47,403 nt of DNA from Parcubacteria group bacterium (GTDB taxonomy: Bacteria; Patescibacteriota; Minisyncoccia; Phycocordibacterales; Phycocordibacteraceae): the NCBI GenBank assembly GCA_028286615.1, contig JAQBRG010000008.1, positions 1-47,403 on the forward strand, in the 5' to 3' direction. The position numbers and the translations under genes are program-made. Shown here one piece after another: positions 46,389-47,403 of this stretch; position 1 is the first letter of the stretch, and the number at the start of each line of letters is the position of its first letter. Under the pieces are notes generated by a model that was not told the origin of the DNA, did no database searches, and saw nothing but the letters and a program-made list of their open reading frames with translations.

Positions 46389-46496
46389 GTAGGATTGCAG
46401 TGTACCAGAAATAGGCACTTTTCTTATGCACATTTGCCTGCCAAGAGGCTTCTGGGATATTGTATTAGTCGACTGTTCAAAGAAAGGTGCGAAATA

Positions 46497-46703
46497 ATGA
46501 ACCGGCCACAAACTCGGGAATGGGGCGCTCAAGTATTGAAAGATGCTCAGGTTCTTGAGACCGACAATCCGTCTTGGGGTGACATCAGGAGAGGTCTGGA
46601 TACGCTTCGGGCAAAAGGACCTGATGCCGCGGCTCATGCTGAGGATATTGAGCAGATCATGTATGACAAGATGGACACCTGCTCACTCCCTTTCCATGAT
46701 TAG
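46497..46703 (+). CDS. Small hypothetical protein
   Basis: 68-aa soluble ORF from the ATG at 46497, followed by a terminator. No motif recognised. Confidence 0.4.
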   Translation: MNRPQTREWGAQVLKDAQVLETDNPSWGDIRRGLDTLRAKGPDAAAHAEDIEQIMYDKMDTCSLPFHD

Positions 46704-46711
46704 GCCATAGT

Positions 46712-46755
46712 GCCCCACGAGGAAACCCCACAAGGTCTCTCGTGGGGTTTTCTTC
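46712..46755. terminator. Terminator hairpin between convergent genes
   Basis: CCCCACGAG...CTCGTGGGG (46712-46746) followed by TTTTCTTCTTT. Confidence 0.7.
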
Positions 46756-46774
46756 TTTACTACCTTCTTAGGCA

Positions 46775-46996
46775 CTATTGAGCAGCACCGCCTCCAGAAG
46801 AGCCTTCTCCTCCCGCAGGAAGCGTTACGTTAACCGAGCCGCCAGTAGCTGCTGGTGTTGCGCCATTACGGCTGTATCCGGGCCATACAAATAGAGCTAT
46901 AAGGACAAGTGCCGCAATAACAACACCTGCTATAACCCAGCCCGCTGCCCCATTACCGCTGTCACTGCCTGGAGTATTGTTAACAATCGTAGCCAT
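46775..46996 (-). CDS. Small single-pass membrane protein with Gly-rich tails
   Basis: 73 aa with a central TM helix (WVIAGVVIAALVLIALFVW) and G/S/A-rich ends. Confidence 0.5.
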   Translation of the reverse strand: MATIVNNTPGSDSGNGAAGWVIAGVVIAALVLIALFVWPGYSRNGATPAATGGSVNVTLPAGGEGSSGGGAAQ

Positions 46997-47127
46997 AGAA
47001 ATGTAAGGATTTAGATAATACCCCTACAGTAAGCACTATCGGCCATGAGGAAAGGATTAAGGCTTCATTATCGAATGTACGGCTTGTTTACTTGCTATCT
47101 TCGTGGTATGCTTCTGTAAACACCACT

Positions 47128-47403
47128 TTGAGCACTCAATCGGAACGTATACGCATAAATCGAGAAATTCGCGCACCTAAATTGCGTGTTATTGGTGCAA
47201 ACGGCGAAAACGTTGGGGTTATAACAGTCGAGGAAGCCCTCAAGCTTGCCCAGGAAGCAGGGCTCGATCTCATTGAAATATCGCCAAATGCCGTGCCGCC
47301 CGTTGCTAAAGTCATGGATTATGGTAAATTTCAGTACGAGCTGAAGAAGAGAGAAAGTGCCGCCCGCTCCAAAGCCAAGGTCTCTGAGACCAAGGAAGTA
47401 CAG
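47128..47403 (+). CDS. infC: Translation initiation factor IF-3 (5' part; runs off the window; start codon uncertain)
   Basis: In-frame translation gives ...[63 protein letters not shown]. There is no in-frame ATG upstream; the candidates are TTG 47128 and ATT 47056. Confidence 0.85.
   Translation, partial: MSTQSERIRINREIRAPKLRVIGANGENVGVITVEEALKLAQEAGLDLIEISPNAVPPVAKVMDYGKFQYELKKRESAARSKAKVSETKEVQ

Noticed and set aside
46389-46637. 83-residue N-terminal extension of the MntP-like ORF
   Set aside because: The extension is non-hydrophobic with no homology features. The MntP family starts at MSLIELFL..., and the extension would overlap the divergent small gene region.

Overview
This 47.4 kb window looks like a compact, gene-dense bacterial chromosome segment. 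Gene content and architecture resemble a small-genome Patescibacteria/CPR-type organism; that assignment is inference only. Standard genetic code. I found no rRNA, CRISPR array, integrase or transposase.

Core genes:
- gatC-gatA and ligA.
- A complete type IV pilus locus on the minus strand: pilM/N/O, pilB, a CheY-like receiver, pilT, pilC, a major pilin, pilD and four pseudopilins. A divergent ComF-like gene sits next to it.
- tRNA-Ser(GCU), a NUDIX hydrolase, malic enzyme, a cell-wall amidase and recG.
- tRNA-Ile(UAU), ftsH and smpB-ssrA (tmRNA).
- A DMT transporter, an ABC exporter, and a 923-aa secreted protein with PG-binding, Ig-like and GH16 domains.
- A PAP2 phosphatase, mntP and the start of infC.

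Accessory or unusual content:
1. An IC3-type group I intron core on the minus strand at the left edge. It is apparently in a tRNA-like gene and lies back-to-back with an HTH/LAGLIDADG-like ORF.
2. A ~2.2 kb block (17.26-19.3 kb) at about 63-68% GC, against about 43% in the flanks. It encodes a CsgG/HfaB-like lipoprotein flanked by two N/S/T-rich secreted repeat proteins, a curli/holdfast-like secretion module that is out of place here.
3. A somewhat GC-richer pyrD-like/pyrC pair wedged between recG and tRNA-Ile(UAU).
4. A ~5.5 kb accessory stretch directly downstream of ssrA, which looks AT-richer by eye (not computed). It opens with a translationally coupled two-gene module whose large protein ends in an RNxxAH (HEPN-type) motif. 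After that come single-gene cassettes punctuated by a same-strand repeat family: GGTTCTAA(C/T) motifs, a 37-nt conserved module and variable GC hairpins.
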